DNA of 64,000 nucleotides from Aeromicrobium sp. (GTDB lineage Bacteria; Actinomycetota; Actinomycetes; Propionibacteriales; Nocardioidaceae): contig DATLCL010000069.1 in the NCBI GenBank assembly GCA_035526415.1, positions 2,461-66,460 of the forward strand. The letters run 5' to 3'. The notes under the pieces were generated by a model. It saw nothing but the letters and a program-made list of their open reading frames with translations. It made no database searches and had not been told where the DNA came from. Position 1 is the stretch's first letter. Each line of letters opens with the position of its first letter. Below are positions 1 through 9,792 of the stretch, piece after piece. The position numbers and the translations under genes are program-made.

Positions 1-295
1 CGTTGATGCGGCCACGGTTGGATCTGCCGCTGGAGATCTCGACCTCGAGCCGGGCCGACCGCTCACCCCGCTGCACATCGAGCCGGATGACGGCCTGCTG
101 CGTGCCGGCTCGGATGAGTGGAGCGTCGAGGGCGACCCGGTGGGACTCCAGCCCGGCGACGTAATCGATCGCTTCGACCAAATTCGTCTTGCCCTGCCCG
201 TTGGCGCCGAGGAACACGGCCGCCCCTTGCGTCAGGGCGACCTCAGCGTGCGGGTACGACCGGAAGTCGTGGAGCCCCAGCTGCGTGACGTGCAG
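1..295 (-). CDS. recF: DNA replication/repair protein RecF, 5' part (runs off window start)
   Basis: Manual minus-strand translation: LHVTQLGLHDFRSYPHAEVALTQGAAVFLGANGQGKTNLVEAIDY (Walker A GxNGQGKTN). Lies downstream of dnaN-gnd. Start is either CTG at 295 or an in-frame ATG at 319. Confidence 0.93.
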   Translation of the reverse strand, partial: MHVTQLGLHDFRSYPHAEVALTQGAAVFLGANGQGKTNLVEAIDYVAGLESHRVALDAPLIRAGTQQAVIRLDVQRGERSARLEVEISSGRSNRGRIN

Positions 296-296
296 G

Positions 297-1190
297 TCAG
301 TCAGCTTTCTGGACGGCATGGCCGCCGAACTGGTTGCGCATGGCAGCGATGGCTTGCATGGCCCGCGACTCGTCCTGCCGGGACACGAAGCGGGCGAACA
401 GTGAGGCTGCGATGGCCGGGACAGGGACGGCGTTGTCGATGGCGGCCTCAATCGTCCAGCGCCCTTCTCCAGAATCCTCGGCATAGCCCCGGATCTGGCT
501 GAGCCCCGGGTCGTCCTTGAGTGCCTCTGACAGCAGGTCGAGCAACCACGAGCGGACGACCGTCCCTTGGCGCCAGGAGTCGAACACCGCGGGGACGTTG
601 TCGACCAGATCGACCGTCTCGAGCAGCTCGTAGCCCTCGGCGTAGGCCTGCATCATCGCGTACTCGATGCCGTTGTGAACCATCTTGGAGAAGTGGCCCG
701 CGCCGACCCGGCCGGCGTGGACGAAGCCCCCTCCGGGATTGGCGCTGTCCACGTCCGGGCGCAGGGCATCGAACGCCGCCTGGACCTTGGCAATGTCTGC
801 GGCGTCGCCTCCGACCATCAGCGCATAGCCGTTCTTGAGTCCCCAGACACCGCCACTGACACCGGCGTCGACGTAGCCGATGCCGCTCTCAGCGGCGAGC
901 GTCGCATGCACCTCGTCATCGGTCCAGCGGGAGTTGCCGCCGTCGACGATGACATCACCAGGACCCAGCAGGTCGACCAGGGAATGCACGGTCGACCGCG
1001 TGATGTCGCCGGCCGGCACCATCACCCACACGACCTTGGGCGACGGCAGTTCGGCGACAAGTTCCTCGAGTGAGCCGACATCGGTGACGTCGGGGTTCGG
1101 ATCGTAGCCAGTGACCGTGACCCCGCGCTCGCGCATGCGGGTCCGCATGTTGCCACCCATCTTGCCGAGACCAACCAGCCCGATGTGCAC
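297..1190 (-). CDS. gnd: 6-phosphogluconate dehydrogenase (decarboxylating, short type)
   Basis: GLVGLGKMG Rossmann motif, VDGGNS, KMVHNGIEY, DSGEGRWT, AMRNQFGGH. Typical actinobacterial position between dnaN and recF. Confidence 0.95.
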   Translation of the reverse strand: MHIGLVGLGKMGGNMRTRMRERGVTVTGYDPNPDVTDVGSLEELVAELPSPKVVWVMVPAGDITRSTVHSLVDLLGPGDVIVDGGNSRWTDDEVHATLAAESGIGYVDAGVSGGVWGLKNGYALMVGGDAADIAKVQAAFDALRPDVDSANPGGGFVHAGRVGAGHFSKMVHNGIEYAMMQAYAEGYELLETVDLVDNVPAVFDSWRQGTVVRSWLLDLLSEALKDDPGLSQIRGYAEDSGEGRWTIEAAIDNAVPVPAIAASLFARFVSRQDESRAMQAIAAMRNQFGGHAVQKAD

Positions 1191-1203
1191 GCGTTGACCC
1201 CCG

Positions 1204-2346
1204 TCAGCTCTGCAGGCGTACCGGCATGATCAGGTAGCGGAAGGTGCCGTCCGGCTCAGCCCCCACCTCGGTCACGCCGCTCAGAGCCGCCGGCTTGGTG
1301 TGCTGGGTGAATGCGAGATGCACGTACGGCTCGCTGATGACTGCCAGACCTTCGAGCAGGTAGGTCGGGTTGAAGCCGATGGCGATGTCCGGACCGTTGA
1401 GGGTCGCTTCGATCGCTTCAGAGGCCTGGGCCTCCTCGCCGCTTCCGGCCTCCAGCAGGACCGACCCTTCGGAGAACGTGAGTCGCAGGGGTGTGTTGCG
1501 TTCGGCGACCAAGGCCACACGCTTGACCGATTCGACGAGGTCGGCCGTCGAGACATACGCGACGGTGTCGGCTTGGGCTTGGAAGAGCTGACGCACCCGC
1601 GGGAAGTCACCTTCCAGCAGACGAGTGGTCGTCCGACGCGTGCCGGTGCCGACGGACCCTTCGAAGCCGATGAGCCCGTCGCCGGTCTCGCCAGCGGATA
1701 CCGCAATGGTGACGTCGCCACTGCCGGCCAGAGACCGCGCCGTCTCGCCCAGGACGCGCGCGGGGACGAGGGCGTGGGCGGAGATGTCGCCCCGTTCGGG
1801 ATACCACGTGAGATCGCGCAGGCTGGCGCGGAAGCGGTCCGTCGCCATGAGAGAAACCGTCGAGCCCTCGAGCTCGAGGCGCACGCCGGTCAGCAGGGGC
1901 AACATCTCGTCTCGGCCGGCCGCCGCGCTGGCTTGGGCGACGGCCGTGGCGAAGTCGTCGGCTTTGACCGTGCCAGATGCCGTCGGCATGTCCGGCAGGC
2001 GCGGATATTCCTCGACCGGCATGGTTTGCAGCGTGAATCGAGCACTGCCACACAGGACCTGGACCTTGGCTCCGTCGAGCGCGACGTCGACCGGCTTGTT
2101 CGGCAATGACTTGACGATCTCGGCGAGGAGCCGGCCGGATACCAGGGCGCGACCATCGTCGGCAACCTCGGCCGGCAGCGTCGCGCGGGTCGACGTCTCG
2201 TAGTCGAACCCGGACAGCGTGAGCCCGTCGGCAGCGGTTTCGATCATGAGACCGGCCAGGACCGGGACGCTGGGTCGAGTGGGCAGGCTGCGAGCAGTCC
2301 AGCTGACGGCATCGGCAAACGAATCCCGATCAATACGGAACTTCAC
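1204..2346 (-). CDS. dnaN: DNA polymerase III beta sliding clamp
   Basis: Starts (V)KFRIDRD at GTG 2346; SGFDYETS, ATDRFR, IGFNPTYL, C-terminal YLIMPVRL. Confidence 0.97.
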   Translation of the reverse strand: MKFRIDRDSFADAVSWTARSLPTRPSVPVLAGLMIETAADGLTLSGFDYETSTRATLPAEVADDGRALVSGRLLAEIVKSLPNKPVDVALDGAKVQVLCGSARFTLQTMPVEEYPRLPDMPTASGTVKADDFATAVAQASAAAGRDEMLPLLTGVRLELEGSTVSLMATDRFRASLRDLTWYPERGDISAHALVPARVLGETARSLAGSGDVTIAVSAGETGDGLIGFEGSVGTGTRRTTTRLLEGDFPRVRQLFQAQADTVAYVSTADLVESVKRVALVAERNTPLRLTFSEGSVLLEAGSGEEAQASEAIEATLNGPDIAIGFNPTYLLEGLAVISEPYVHLAFTQHTKPAALSGVTEVGAEPDGTFRYLIMPVRLQS

Positions 2347-2776
2347 GGACGCGAGCCTCCCAGAGTTCGGCGTGAAATGGGCAAGAAGTGTGTGGTGCAT
2401 CCTGCCACGAGTACTGCGCCGGCAACAGGGGCTGGGTGGGTATCTGGGGTGTCGTGATCAAGCCGAGATGTGTTGTGCACACTGATGGGTCCGGGTCACT
2501 TTGACGTCCTTGTGATGCATATAAAGGATTCGTAGTAGTAGTCACTGGTGTGGATGCTGTCGATAACTGGATTTTTGGCTGGAATGACAGGGTTTGCCCT
2601 GTGGAAGACCGTCGTGTACGCGTCCCCAGTGGGGGCCTTGGTCTGGGGATCGTGTGAGGTGGTTCACACGTTGTTCACGTACGCGTAACAACAATCCACG
2701 GTTTGGGCATGCTTTCCCACATTCGTATCCCCAGACTGTGGGAAAGGAAGCCGATGAGAACGGCGGCGCAGGCGGG
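2347..2776. promoter_or_regulatory. oriC (dnaA-dnaN intergenic) with DnaA boxes, DnaA-trios and AT-rich unwinding element
   Basis: DnaA-box-like 9-mers at 2473-2481 (TTGTGCACA), 2549-2557 and 2558-2566 (tandem; GCATCCACA and TTATCGACA on -), 2600-2608, 2671-2679, 2713-2721 and 2737-2745. TAGTAGTAG at 2533-2541 lies beside AT-rich ATATAAAGGATT. Confidence 0.9.
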
Positions 2777-4255
2777 TCAGGCCTGGCCGCGGGCCTGGTT
2801 CTTGATCCGGTTGGTCAGTTCAGTTACCTGGTTGTAGACGGCGTGCTTCTCGGCCATGAGGGTGCGGATCTTCTTGTCGGCGTGCAGGACCGTGGTGTGA
2901 TCGCGTCCACCGAACTCTTCGCCGATCTTCGGTAGGGAGAGCTGGGTGAGTTCGCGGCACAGGTACATGGCAATCTGCCGGGCCAGCACCAGGTTGCGGC
3001 TGCGATTTGGCCCGCAGAGCTCGTCGATACTGAAGTCGGAGTAGGTGGCGGTCTGAGCCATGATCATGCTCGCGGTGATCTCCGGCTCGTCGCCTTCGGC
3101 CACGAGGTCCTTCAACACCATGTGCGCGAGCGCGAGATCAACGGGGACCCTCTGCAGATTGGCGAATGCCGTCGTGCGGATGAGCGCCCCTTCGAGCTCG
3201 CGAATGTTGGTCTGGACCCGGCTGGCGATGAACTCGAGCACGTCGGCCGGCACCGTGAGCTTCTCGGCCGCCGCTTTCTTGCGCAGGATCGCGATGCGGG
3301 TTTCGAGGTCAGGTGGGAGCGTCTCGGTCTGCAAGCCCCAGGCGAATCGGCTGAGCATGCGTTCTTCCAACGTCTTCAGCTGCTTGGGCGGCCGATCCGA
3401 CGTCATGACGATCTGCTTGTTGGCGTTGTGCAGCGCATTGAACGTGTGGAAGAACTCGCTCTGAGTCGCCTCCTTGCGTTCGAGGAACTGGATGTCGTCG
3501 ACGAGGAGTACGTCGACTTCGCGGTACTTGTGCTGGAGCTCTGCTGTCCTGCGGTCACCGATGGCGTTGATGACGTCGTTGGTGAACTCCTCGGTGTTGA
3601 CGTACCGGACGCGGGCCGACGGGTAGAGGTTCAACACGTAATTGCCGATGGCGTGCAGGAGATGGGTCTTGCCCAGGCCGGACTGGCCGTGGATGACGAG
3701 CGGGTTGTACGAGTTGCCGGGGGCTTCGGCGACTGCGACAGCAGCCGCATGGGCGAACCGGTTGGAGGCGCCGATGACAAAGTTCTCGAACACGTAGCGC
3801 GGATTGAGCCGGGCCTCGGCGATGAGGTCCCGGTTCGAGGTGGTGACTTGCGGACGCTGGGCCCAGCTCGGGACGAACTCGTCACTTTCCTCCTCGTCCT
3901 CGAGGTCATCGTCGATATCGACGGCGCCGAGGGATGAGGGCGTGGACACCGTATCCATTTCTCGATTTGTCGATAGATCGATAAATGAATCCGAGACCTT
4001 GTCAGGATCGATGGTGACGATCAGGCGAATCGCAGCACCGAGGCTGTCACTGAGCTGTTGCTCCAGGATCGGCCGGACTCGGGACTCCAATTGGGCGCGG
4101 CTGAGCTCGTCGCGGACGGCGACAATGAGGATGTCGTCGTGCAGGCTGAGTGGAGTTGCGTTGCCGGCCCACATGCGGGCGCCTGGGCTGAGGAGTTCGA
4201 CGGCACGGGTCCAGTGCTCACCGAGATCTGGTGCGATCGCGGGTTCCTCGGGCAT
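2777..4255 (-). CDS. dnaA: Chromosomal replication initiator DnaA
   Basis: LNPRYVFENFVIG, GQSGLGKTHLL, LLVDDIQFL, NIRELEGAL, GGRDHTTV. ATG 4255 is preceded by AAGGAG. Confidence 0.98.
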   Translation of the reverse strand: MPEEPAIAPDLGEHWTRAVELLSPGARMWAGNATPLSLHDDILIVAVRDELSRAQLESRVRPILEQQLSDSLGAAIRLIVTIDPDKVSDSFIDLSTNREMDTVSTPSSLGAVDIDDDLEDEEESDEFVPSWAQRPQVTTSNRDLIAEARLNPRYVFENFVIGASNRFAHAAAVAVAEAPGNSYNPLVIHGQSGLGKTHLLHAIGNYVLNLYPSARVRYVNTEEFTNDVINAIGDRRTAELQHKYREVDVLLVDDIQFLERKEATQSEFFHTFNALHNANKQIVMTSDRPPKQLKTLEERMLSRFAWGLQTETLPPDLETRIAILRKKAAAEKLTVPADVLEFIASRVQTNIRELEGALIRTTAFANLQRVPVDLALAHMVLKDLVAEGDEPEITASMIMAQTATYSDFSIDELCGPNRSRNLVLARQIAMYLCRELTQLSLPKIGEEFGGRDHTTVLHADKKIRTLMAEKHAVYNQVTELTNRIKNQARGQA

Positions 4256-4268
4256 CCGCCACACTCCT

Positions 4269-4576
4269 TGGTCCACATAGTTTTCCACAGGTGTGCACGG
4301 CGTGTGGCGCCGATATAGCCCCTCGGCATTTTGGCAAACCGACCCCGGACGAGCTGTGGAAAAGTCCGAATACCGCCCGGACGCTAGCAGCGTCGCCAGA
4401 CCAGAGCAAGCGTTCTGCGCACAGATTCAACCGAGCTGCGGCGTGTCGACTGGACACGCGGTGTGTCGCCCGCATAGGGGCGTCGGTTTGACCGGTCACC
4501 AGCCCGCCCGTACCGTTGGGACGTCGGTCCGCGCGACAACTGCCGCGTGTTCACAGGGCGTAGATCTGTGAACGAG
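4269..4576. promoter_or_regulatory. DnaA boxes in dnaA-rpmH intergenic region (dnaA autoregulation)
   Basis: TGGTCCACA 4269-4277, TTTTCCACA 4281-4289, TGTGGAAAA 4355-4363, and an inverted pair GTTCACAG...CTGTGAAC near 4548-4573. Confidence 0.75.
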
Positions 4577-4690
4577 CGGTGGCCGTCGAGAGTCCGTTCC
4601 CCGACCTAGGCACCGGCGCTGAATGGCGCTGATCCGGGACACGGGAGCGAACGTCTGAGATGACTCCACCCCCTGCGTGAGGAACCACTC

Positions 4691-4828
4691 GTGAGCAAGC
4701 GTACGTACCAGCCCAACAACCGTCGTCGTGCCCGCAAGCACGGCTTCCGTCTGCGCATGCGGACCCGTGCCGGCCGCGCCATTTTGGGCAACCGCCGGCG
4801 CAAGGGACGCGCGAAGCTGTCCGCTTGA
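4691..4828 (+). CDS. rpmH: 50S ribosomal protein L34 (not in ORF track)
   Basis: Manual translation from GTG 4691: [45 protein letters not shown]. Confidence 0.98.
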   Translation: MSKRTYQPNNRRRARKHGFRLRMRTRAGRAILGNRRRKGRAKLSA

Positions 4829-4835
4829 GTCGTCC

Positions 4836-5177
4836 TTGTTGACCGCGGTCCATCGCATGCGTAACAGCGAGGACTTTTCGATGACCGTCCGCCATGGCTC
4901 CAAAGCCGGGCGGATGCATCTTGTCGTGCACCTACTGCCTGACGCGACCCGTGCCAGCGAGCCCGAGGTGGGGTTCGTTGTGAGTCGTGGGGTCGGGTCG
5001 GCTGTCGTGCGCAATCGAGTGAAGCGCCGGCTTCGCCACCTGATGCGGTCCCACATGGAACGACTGCCGGCCGGATGTCGGGTGGTCGTCCGGGCGCTCC
5101 CGCCGGCGGGCGATGCTCCGACTGTGGCACTGGAAGCCGATCTCGAAGCGGCGTTGCACCGGGCTGGTGCCTGGTGA
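4836..5177 (+). CDS. rnpA: Ribonuclease P protein component
   Basis: [22 protein letters not shown] (RNR motif); likely TTG start at 4836; follows rpmH. Confidence 0.95.
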   Translation: MLTAVHRMRNSEDFSMTVRHGSKAGRMHLVVHLLPDATRASEPEVGFVVSRGVGSAVVRNRVKRRLRHLMRSHMERLPAGCRVVVRALPPAGDAPTVALEADLEAALHRAGAW

Positions 5178-5458
5178 AGTCCATCCTCGTGGCGCTGCTG
5201 CGGGCGTACCGGTTCGCCATCAGCCCGTTGTACGGGCAGGTGTGCCGCTACCACCCGACGTGCTCGGCCTACGCGCTTGAAGCGGTGCAGACGCACGGCG
5301 CCATGCGCGGCTCCTGGCTCGCCGCGCGGCGTGTTCTGCGCTGTCATCCATGGGCGGCTGGCGGCGTTGACCATGTGCCGCCGATCGGTCACTCAGACTC
5401 AACCATTCGGCGGCCGAAGGCGTCCGCCCAGCTTCGGGAGAACAAATGGGCGTTGTGA
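5174..5458 (+). CDS. yidD: Membrane protein insertion efficiency factor YidD
   Basis: [36 protein letters not shown]; GTG start overlaps rnpA stop. Confidence 0.95.
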   Translation: MKSILVALLRAYRFAISPLYGQVCRYHPTCSAYALEAVQTHGAMRGSWLAARRVLRCHPWAAGGVDHVPPIGHSDSTIRRPKASAQLRENKWAL

Positions 5459-6366
5459 TGGAACCGCTGTACTACGCGGTGTCTGCGATTCTGCTCGGCT
5501 GGCATTGGCTGTTCACGCAGGTGGGCGTGGCATCCGATGGATGGATCTGGGTGCTTTCCATCGCGGGCTTGACGGTGACGATTCGAGCCTTGCTGATCCC
5601 GTTGTTCGTGAAGCAGATCAAGTCGAGCCGCAACATGCAGTTGCTGCAGCCGCAGATCAAGGAACTTCAGAAGAAGTACGGCCATGACCGACAGAAGCTG
5701 GCCGAAGAGCAGATGAAGCTGTGGAAGGAAACCGGGACCAATCCGTTCGCGTCCTGCCTGCCGCTGCTGCTGCAGATGCCGATCTTCTTTGCGCTGTTCA
5801 ACGTGATCAACAACGCCGCCAAGGGCAAGCCGCGCGGGCTGCTGGATGCCACCGACGCTGCGTCCCTGAAGGAGGCGGTGTTCCTGGGTGGGCGCATTGC
5901 CGACACGTTCATGAACAGTGCGCACCTGGAAACCAAGATCATCGCGATGTTCATGGTTGTGGCCATGTGCGTCACGCAGTTCATCACGCAGCGCCAGTTG
6001 ATGGCGAAGAACATGCCACCGGACGCGCTGACCGGTCCTTATGCACAGCAGCAGAAGATCCTGCTGTACATGCTGCCGATTGTGTTCGCGGTCAGTGGCG
6101 TGGCTTTCCCGATTGGTGTCCTGATCTATTGGACGGTCTCGAACCTGTGGACGATGGCCCAGCAGTTCTACGTCATCCGGCGTAATCCCGCGCCCGGCAC
6201 GCCGGCCTTCCATGCCAAGCAGCTCCGCGACGCCAAGCACGGCCGTTCGGTGCAGGAGGATCCGTTGGAGGAGCTCGAGCACCCGCACCCCAACCCACCC
6301 GCGCGCCAGCAGCCGCGCGCCCAGTCGCGCAATCAGCGGAAGAAGAAGAAGGGCGGCAAGTCGTGA
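5446..6366 (+). CDS. yidC: Membrane protein insertase YidC
   Basis: [52 protein letters not shown]. Confidence 0.96.
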   Translation: MGVVMEPLYYAVSAILLGWHWLFTQVGVASDGWIWVLSIAGLTVTIRALLIPLFVKQIKSSRNMQLLQPQIKELQKKYGHDRQKLAEEQMKLWKETGTNPFASCLPLLLQMPIFFALFNVINNAAKGKPRGLLDATDAASLKEAVFLGGRIADTFMNSAHLETKIIAMFMVVAMCVTQFITQRQLMAKNMPPDALTGPYAQQQKILLYMLPIVFAVSGVAFPIGVLIYWTVSNLWTMAQQFYVIRRNPAPGTPAFHAKQLRDAKHGRSVQEDPLEELEHPHPNPPARQQPRAQSRNQRKKKKGGKS

Positions 6367-6830
6367 GTGACAAGTTGGAGCATGAAGGAGACGTCGCAGC
6401 TGACTTCCTGGAGGAGTTGCTGGACATCGCTGATTTGGACGGCGACATCGACATCGACATCGACGGCGACCGCGCCACCGTGTCGATCGTGGGCGGGAAC
6501 CTTGAACACTTGGTGGGCGTGTCAGGCGACGTCCTGGATGCCCTGCAGGAATTGACGCGTTTGGCCGTGTACCGCGAGACGGGCGAACGCAGCCGGCTGA
6601 TGCTCGACGTCGCCGGTTTCCGAGCCGCACGTCGCGCAGAGCTCGAGAACATCGGACTTGAGGCGGTGGAGAAGGTGAAGGCGACCGACGAGCCGGTTTC
6701 GCTCGACCCGATGTCGCCGTTCGAGCGCAAGGTCGTCCACGACGTCGTGTCCGCGGCCGGCCTGATCAGTGAGTCCGAAGGTGTCGATGCAGGTCGACAC
6801 ATCGTGGTCCGCCCGCCCGCGGAGAACTGA
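6363..6830 (+). CDS. jag: Jag/KhpB-like KH-R3H RNA-binding protein
   Basis: [38 protein letters not shown]3H motif FERKVVHD. Confidence 0.92.
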   Translation: MSDKLEHEGDVAADFLEELLDIADLDGDIDIDIDGDRATVSIVGGNLEHLVGVSGDVLDALQELTRLAVYRETGERSRLMLDVAGFRAARRAELENIGLEAVEKVKATDEPVSLDPMSPFERKVVHDVVSAAGLISESEGVDAGRHIVVRPPAEN

Positions 6831-6844
6831 CGCCCGGGTACAGG

Positions 6845-7462
6845 TTGGACGTGCTCGTTTCACGTGAAACACCTGGTGCCACGGAGTACTTTGGCGACGA
6901 CCTTGCTCGGCTAAATCGATATATCGACTTGCTGTCCACGCGGGGAATCGAGCGCGGACTGATTGGTCCACGCGAAGGGCCTCGCCTCTGGGACCGGCAC
7001 GTCCTGAATTGCGCGGTGGTGGTTCCGCGGGTGCCATCCGCAGCGACCGTCGCCGACGTGGGCTCCGGCGCCGGGCTGCCCGGCTTGGTGTGGGCGATCG
7101 CCCGGCCCGACCTGCGGGTGACGCTCATTGAACCGTTGCTGCGTCGCACGGCGTTCTTGACCGAGGTGATCGACGAGCTCGGGCTGGCGAATGCCACGGT
7201 CGTCCGGGCACGCGCCGCTGAGGTGTCGGAGGTCTTTGATGTCGTCACCGCGCGCGCGGTGGCCGACCTGGGAAGGCTCGGGAACTGGTGTCTGCCGCTT
7301 GTCCGGCCCGGAGGAGTGCTGTTGGCATTCAAGGGTGAGTCTGCCTCGACCGAGGTCACCATGTGGACTGAGGCGCTGCGGAGAAGCGGGGCTATGGATA
7401 TCGTGGTGACGTCGTACGGGGATTTCGAAACGCCCACAACCGTCGTGGAGGTAAGTCGATGA
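6845..7462 (+). CDS. rsmG: 16S rRNA m7G527 methyltransferase RsmG/GidB
   Basis: [32 protein letters not shown]. Confidence 0.96.
   Translation: MDVLVSRETPGATEYFGDDLARLNRYIDLLSTRGIERGLIGPREGPRLWDRHVLNCAVVVPRVPSAATVADVGSGAGLPGLVWAIARPDLRVTLIEPLLRRTAFLTEVIDELGLANATVVRARAAEVSEVFDVVTARAVADLGRLGNWCLPLVRPGGVLLAFKGESASTEVTMWTEALRRSGAMDIVVTSYGDFETPTTVVEVSR
6857..6870. promoter_or_regulatory. parS centromere site 1
   Basis: Perfect palindrome GTTTCACGTGAAAC. Confidence 0.95.
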
Positions 7463-7472
7463 GGCTGCTGCT

Positions 7473-7488
7473 TGTTCCACGTGAAACA
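7473..7488. promoter_or_regulatory. parS centromere site 2
   Basis: TGTTCCACGTGAAACA (one mismatch to consensus), directly at the parA start. Confidence 0.92.
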
Positions 7489-8441
7489 TGGAGCAGCCGA
7501 TGAGCGGCGAATCTCGCCCGCTGACCGCCGGCGACGTCGATACCCAGTCGGCTGTGTCAGCGTTCGATGACGAGACCCCGCTGGCGTCCGAGGCCCGCGA
7601 TCACGTCGCCCTCGCCCAGCGCGTCCTTGCCACGACAACCCTGCCGCGTCCTGCCGAGACACGCGTGTTCGTCGTTGCCAACCAGAAGGGCGGCGTCGGC
7701 AAGACCACGACGGCCGTCAACATTGCCGCCGCCTTGGCGCTCAAGAAGCTCCGCGTGCTGGTCGTTGACCTGGATCCGCAGGGCAACGCGTCGACGGCAT
7801 TGGCCGTACCGCACGCCGAGGGGACGCCGGGGGTCTACGAAGCGCTTGTCGACGGCACCGACCTCGACGAGCTCGTGCGACCGTGCCCGGACATCCCGGG
7901 GCTGACGGTCCTGCCAGCGACCATCGACTTGGCGGGCGCGGAGATTGAGCTGGTGTCGCTGGTCGCCCGCGAGACGCGCCTCGACAAGGCGCTGCAGGCG
8001 TATCTGCAGGACTGCGAGGCCGCGGGGGACCGCATCGACTATGTCCTCATCGACTGTCCCCCGTCGTTGGGGCTCCTCACCGTGAACGCCATGGTGGCCG
8101 GCCGCGAGGTGCTCATCCCGATCCAGAGTGAGTACTACGCCCTCGAAGGGTTGGGTCAGTTGGTGCGGAACATCTCACTGGTCCAGAAGCACCTCAACCC
8201 GGCGCTCGAGATCACCACCATCCTGGTGACGATGTACGACGCTCGGACGCGGCTCTCGGCCGGGGTCGCCGACGAGGTGCGCTCGTTCTTCGGCGACAAG
8301 GTCCTCAAGACGATGATTCCCCGTTCGGTGCGCGTCTCGGAGGCTCCGAGTTACCAGCAGACGGTGCTGACCTACGATCAGTCGTCGTCGGGCGCGCTCT
8401 CGTATCTCGAAGCCGCCCGCGAGATCACCGGGAGGGCGTGA
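7488..8441 (+). CDS. parA: Chromosome partitioning ATPase ParA/Soj
   Basis: [40 protein letters not shown]. Start may be 7488 or 7500. Confidence 0.97.
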   Translation: MEQPMSGESRPLTAGDVDTQSAVSAFDDETPLASEARDHVALAQRVLATTTLPRPAETRVFVVANQKGGVGKTTTAVNIAAALALKKLRVLVVDLDPQGNASTALAVPHAEGTPGVYEALVDGTDLDELVRPCPDIPGLTVLPATIDLAGAEIELVSLVARETRLDKALQAYLQDCEAAGDRIDYVLIDCPPSLGLLTVNAMVAGREVLIPIQSEYYALEGLGQLVRNISLVQKHLNPALEITTILVTMYDARTRLSAGVADEVRSFFGDKVLKTMIPRSVRVSEAPSYQQTVLTYDQSSSGALSYLEAAREITGRA

Positions 8442-8442
8442 C

Positions 8443-9351
8443 ATGGCAGTTGCTCGACGCGGATTGGGTCGTGGTCTTGAGGCCTTGATTCCGTCAACGC
8501 CCGCCGAGGCCGAGGCCGCTGGCCTCGAACCGGTGACCGGGGCCAGCTTCTCTGAACTTATGGTCAGCTCAATCAAGCCGAACGCGCGGCAGCCGCGCAC
8601 GGTGTTCGACGAGGACGAGCTCGCCGAGCTCGTGCACTCGATTCGCGAAGTCGGCCTGCTCCAGCCCATCGTGGTGCGCCCAGACGGATTGAACTCCTAC
8701 GAGCTCATCATGGGGGAGCGGCGCCTGCGGGCATGCAAGTCGGCTGGGCTGGAGACCATCCCGGCCATAGTCCGGGAGACCGCCGACGAGGACATGCTCC
8801 GCGACGCGCTGCTGGAGAACCTGCATCGCTCACAGTTGAACCCGCTGGAGGAAGCCTCGGCCTATCGGCAGCTGTTGGATGACTTCGGGTGCACCCACGA
8901 GGAGTTGGCCGACCGCATCGGACGCTCGCGCCCACAGATCAGCAACACCCTCCGGCTGCTCCGGCTCTCGCCGGCTGTCCAGCGACGGGTCGCCGCCGGC
9001 GTCCTGTCGGCCGGTCACGCCCGGGCCCTGGTGTCGGTGTCGAGTGCGGAGATCCAGGATCGGCTCGCCCAGCGGGTCGTCGCGGAGGGGTTGTCAGTCC
9101 GCGCCCTCGAAGAGATCGTGACGGTCTCGCCGGAGACTGAGCGCCGGTCGGCGCGCCGTCCCGGCGGACGAATGCACGCACCGAAACTCGCCGACCTCGC
9201 GGCGCGGTTGTCGGACCGTTTCGACACCCGGGTCCGGGTCGATCTCGGCCGGTCCAAGGGAAAGATCACTGTCGAGTTCGCGACCGTCGAAGACCTCGAG
9301 CGGATCGTCGAACTGATGGATCCGCGTCGGCCCGGGCAGCCCAGGCGCTAA
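8443..9351 (+). CDS. parB: Chromosome partitioning protein ParB
   Basis: [52 protein letters not shown]. Confidence 0.97.
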   Translation: MAVARRGLGRGLEALIPSTPAEAEAAGLEPVTGASFSELMVSSIKPNARQPRTVFDEDELAELVHSIREVGLLQPIVVRPDGLNSYELIMGERRLRACKSAGLETIPAIVRETADEDMLRDALLENLHRSQLNPLEEASAYRQLLDDFGCTHEELADRIGRSRPQISNTLRLLRLSPAVQRRVAAGVLSAGHARALVSVSSAEIQDRLAQRVVAEGLSVRALEEIVTVSPETERRSARRPGGRMHAPKLADLAARLSDRFDTRVRVDLGRSKGKITVEFATVEDLERIVELMDPRRPGQPRR

Positions 9352-9421
9352 GAGGATTCGTTGCTTTGTCGATAAAGCGCTTTAGCGTCTTATCGACCCT
9401 TCGGCGGAGCTCCGGGCACCG

Positions 9422-9748
9422 CTAGGCGATGAACTCGGAAAGCTCGTTGAGGATCGCCGACTTCGGCCGCACGCCCACCATGGAGCGCACCGGCTCGCCG
9501 CCCTTGTAGACGATCATGGTCGGCAGACCCACGACGCGGTACGCCGCTGGAGTGACCGGGTTGGCGTCGGCGTCCATCTTCACGATCTCGATTTTGTCGC
9601 CGTGCTCGGCAGCGATCTCTTCGAGGATCGGGTTGAGCTGGCGGCATGGCCCGCACCAGGCAGCCCAGAAGTCGACCAGCACCGGACGGTCGGCCTGCAG
9701 GACCTTGGCGTCGAAGTCGGCGTCGGTGACGACGTTGATGGCACCCAT
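9422..9748 (-). CDS. trxA: Thioredoxin
   Basis: VDFWAAWCGPC motif. Confidence 0.97.
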   Translation of the reverse strand: MGAINVVTDADFDAKVLQADRPVLVDFWAAWCGPCRQLNPILEEIAAEHGDKIEIVKMDADANPVTPAAYRVVGLPTMIVYKGGEPVRSMVGVRPKSAILNELSEFIA

Positions 9749-9792
9749 GGAAGTTCCCCTTAGATCAAGTGATGAAGTGTGTGGATGAGTGG

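Noticed and set aside
6438-6470. GACATC tandem repeat
   Set aside because: It encodes the conserved DGDIDIDID strand of Jag.
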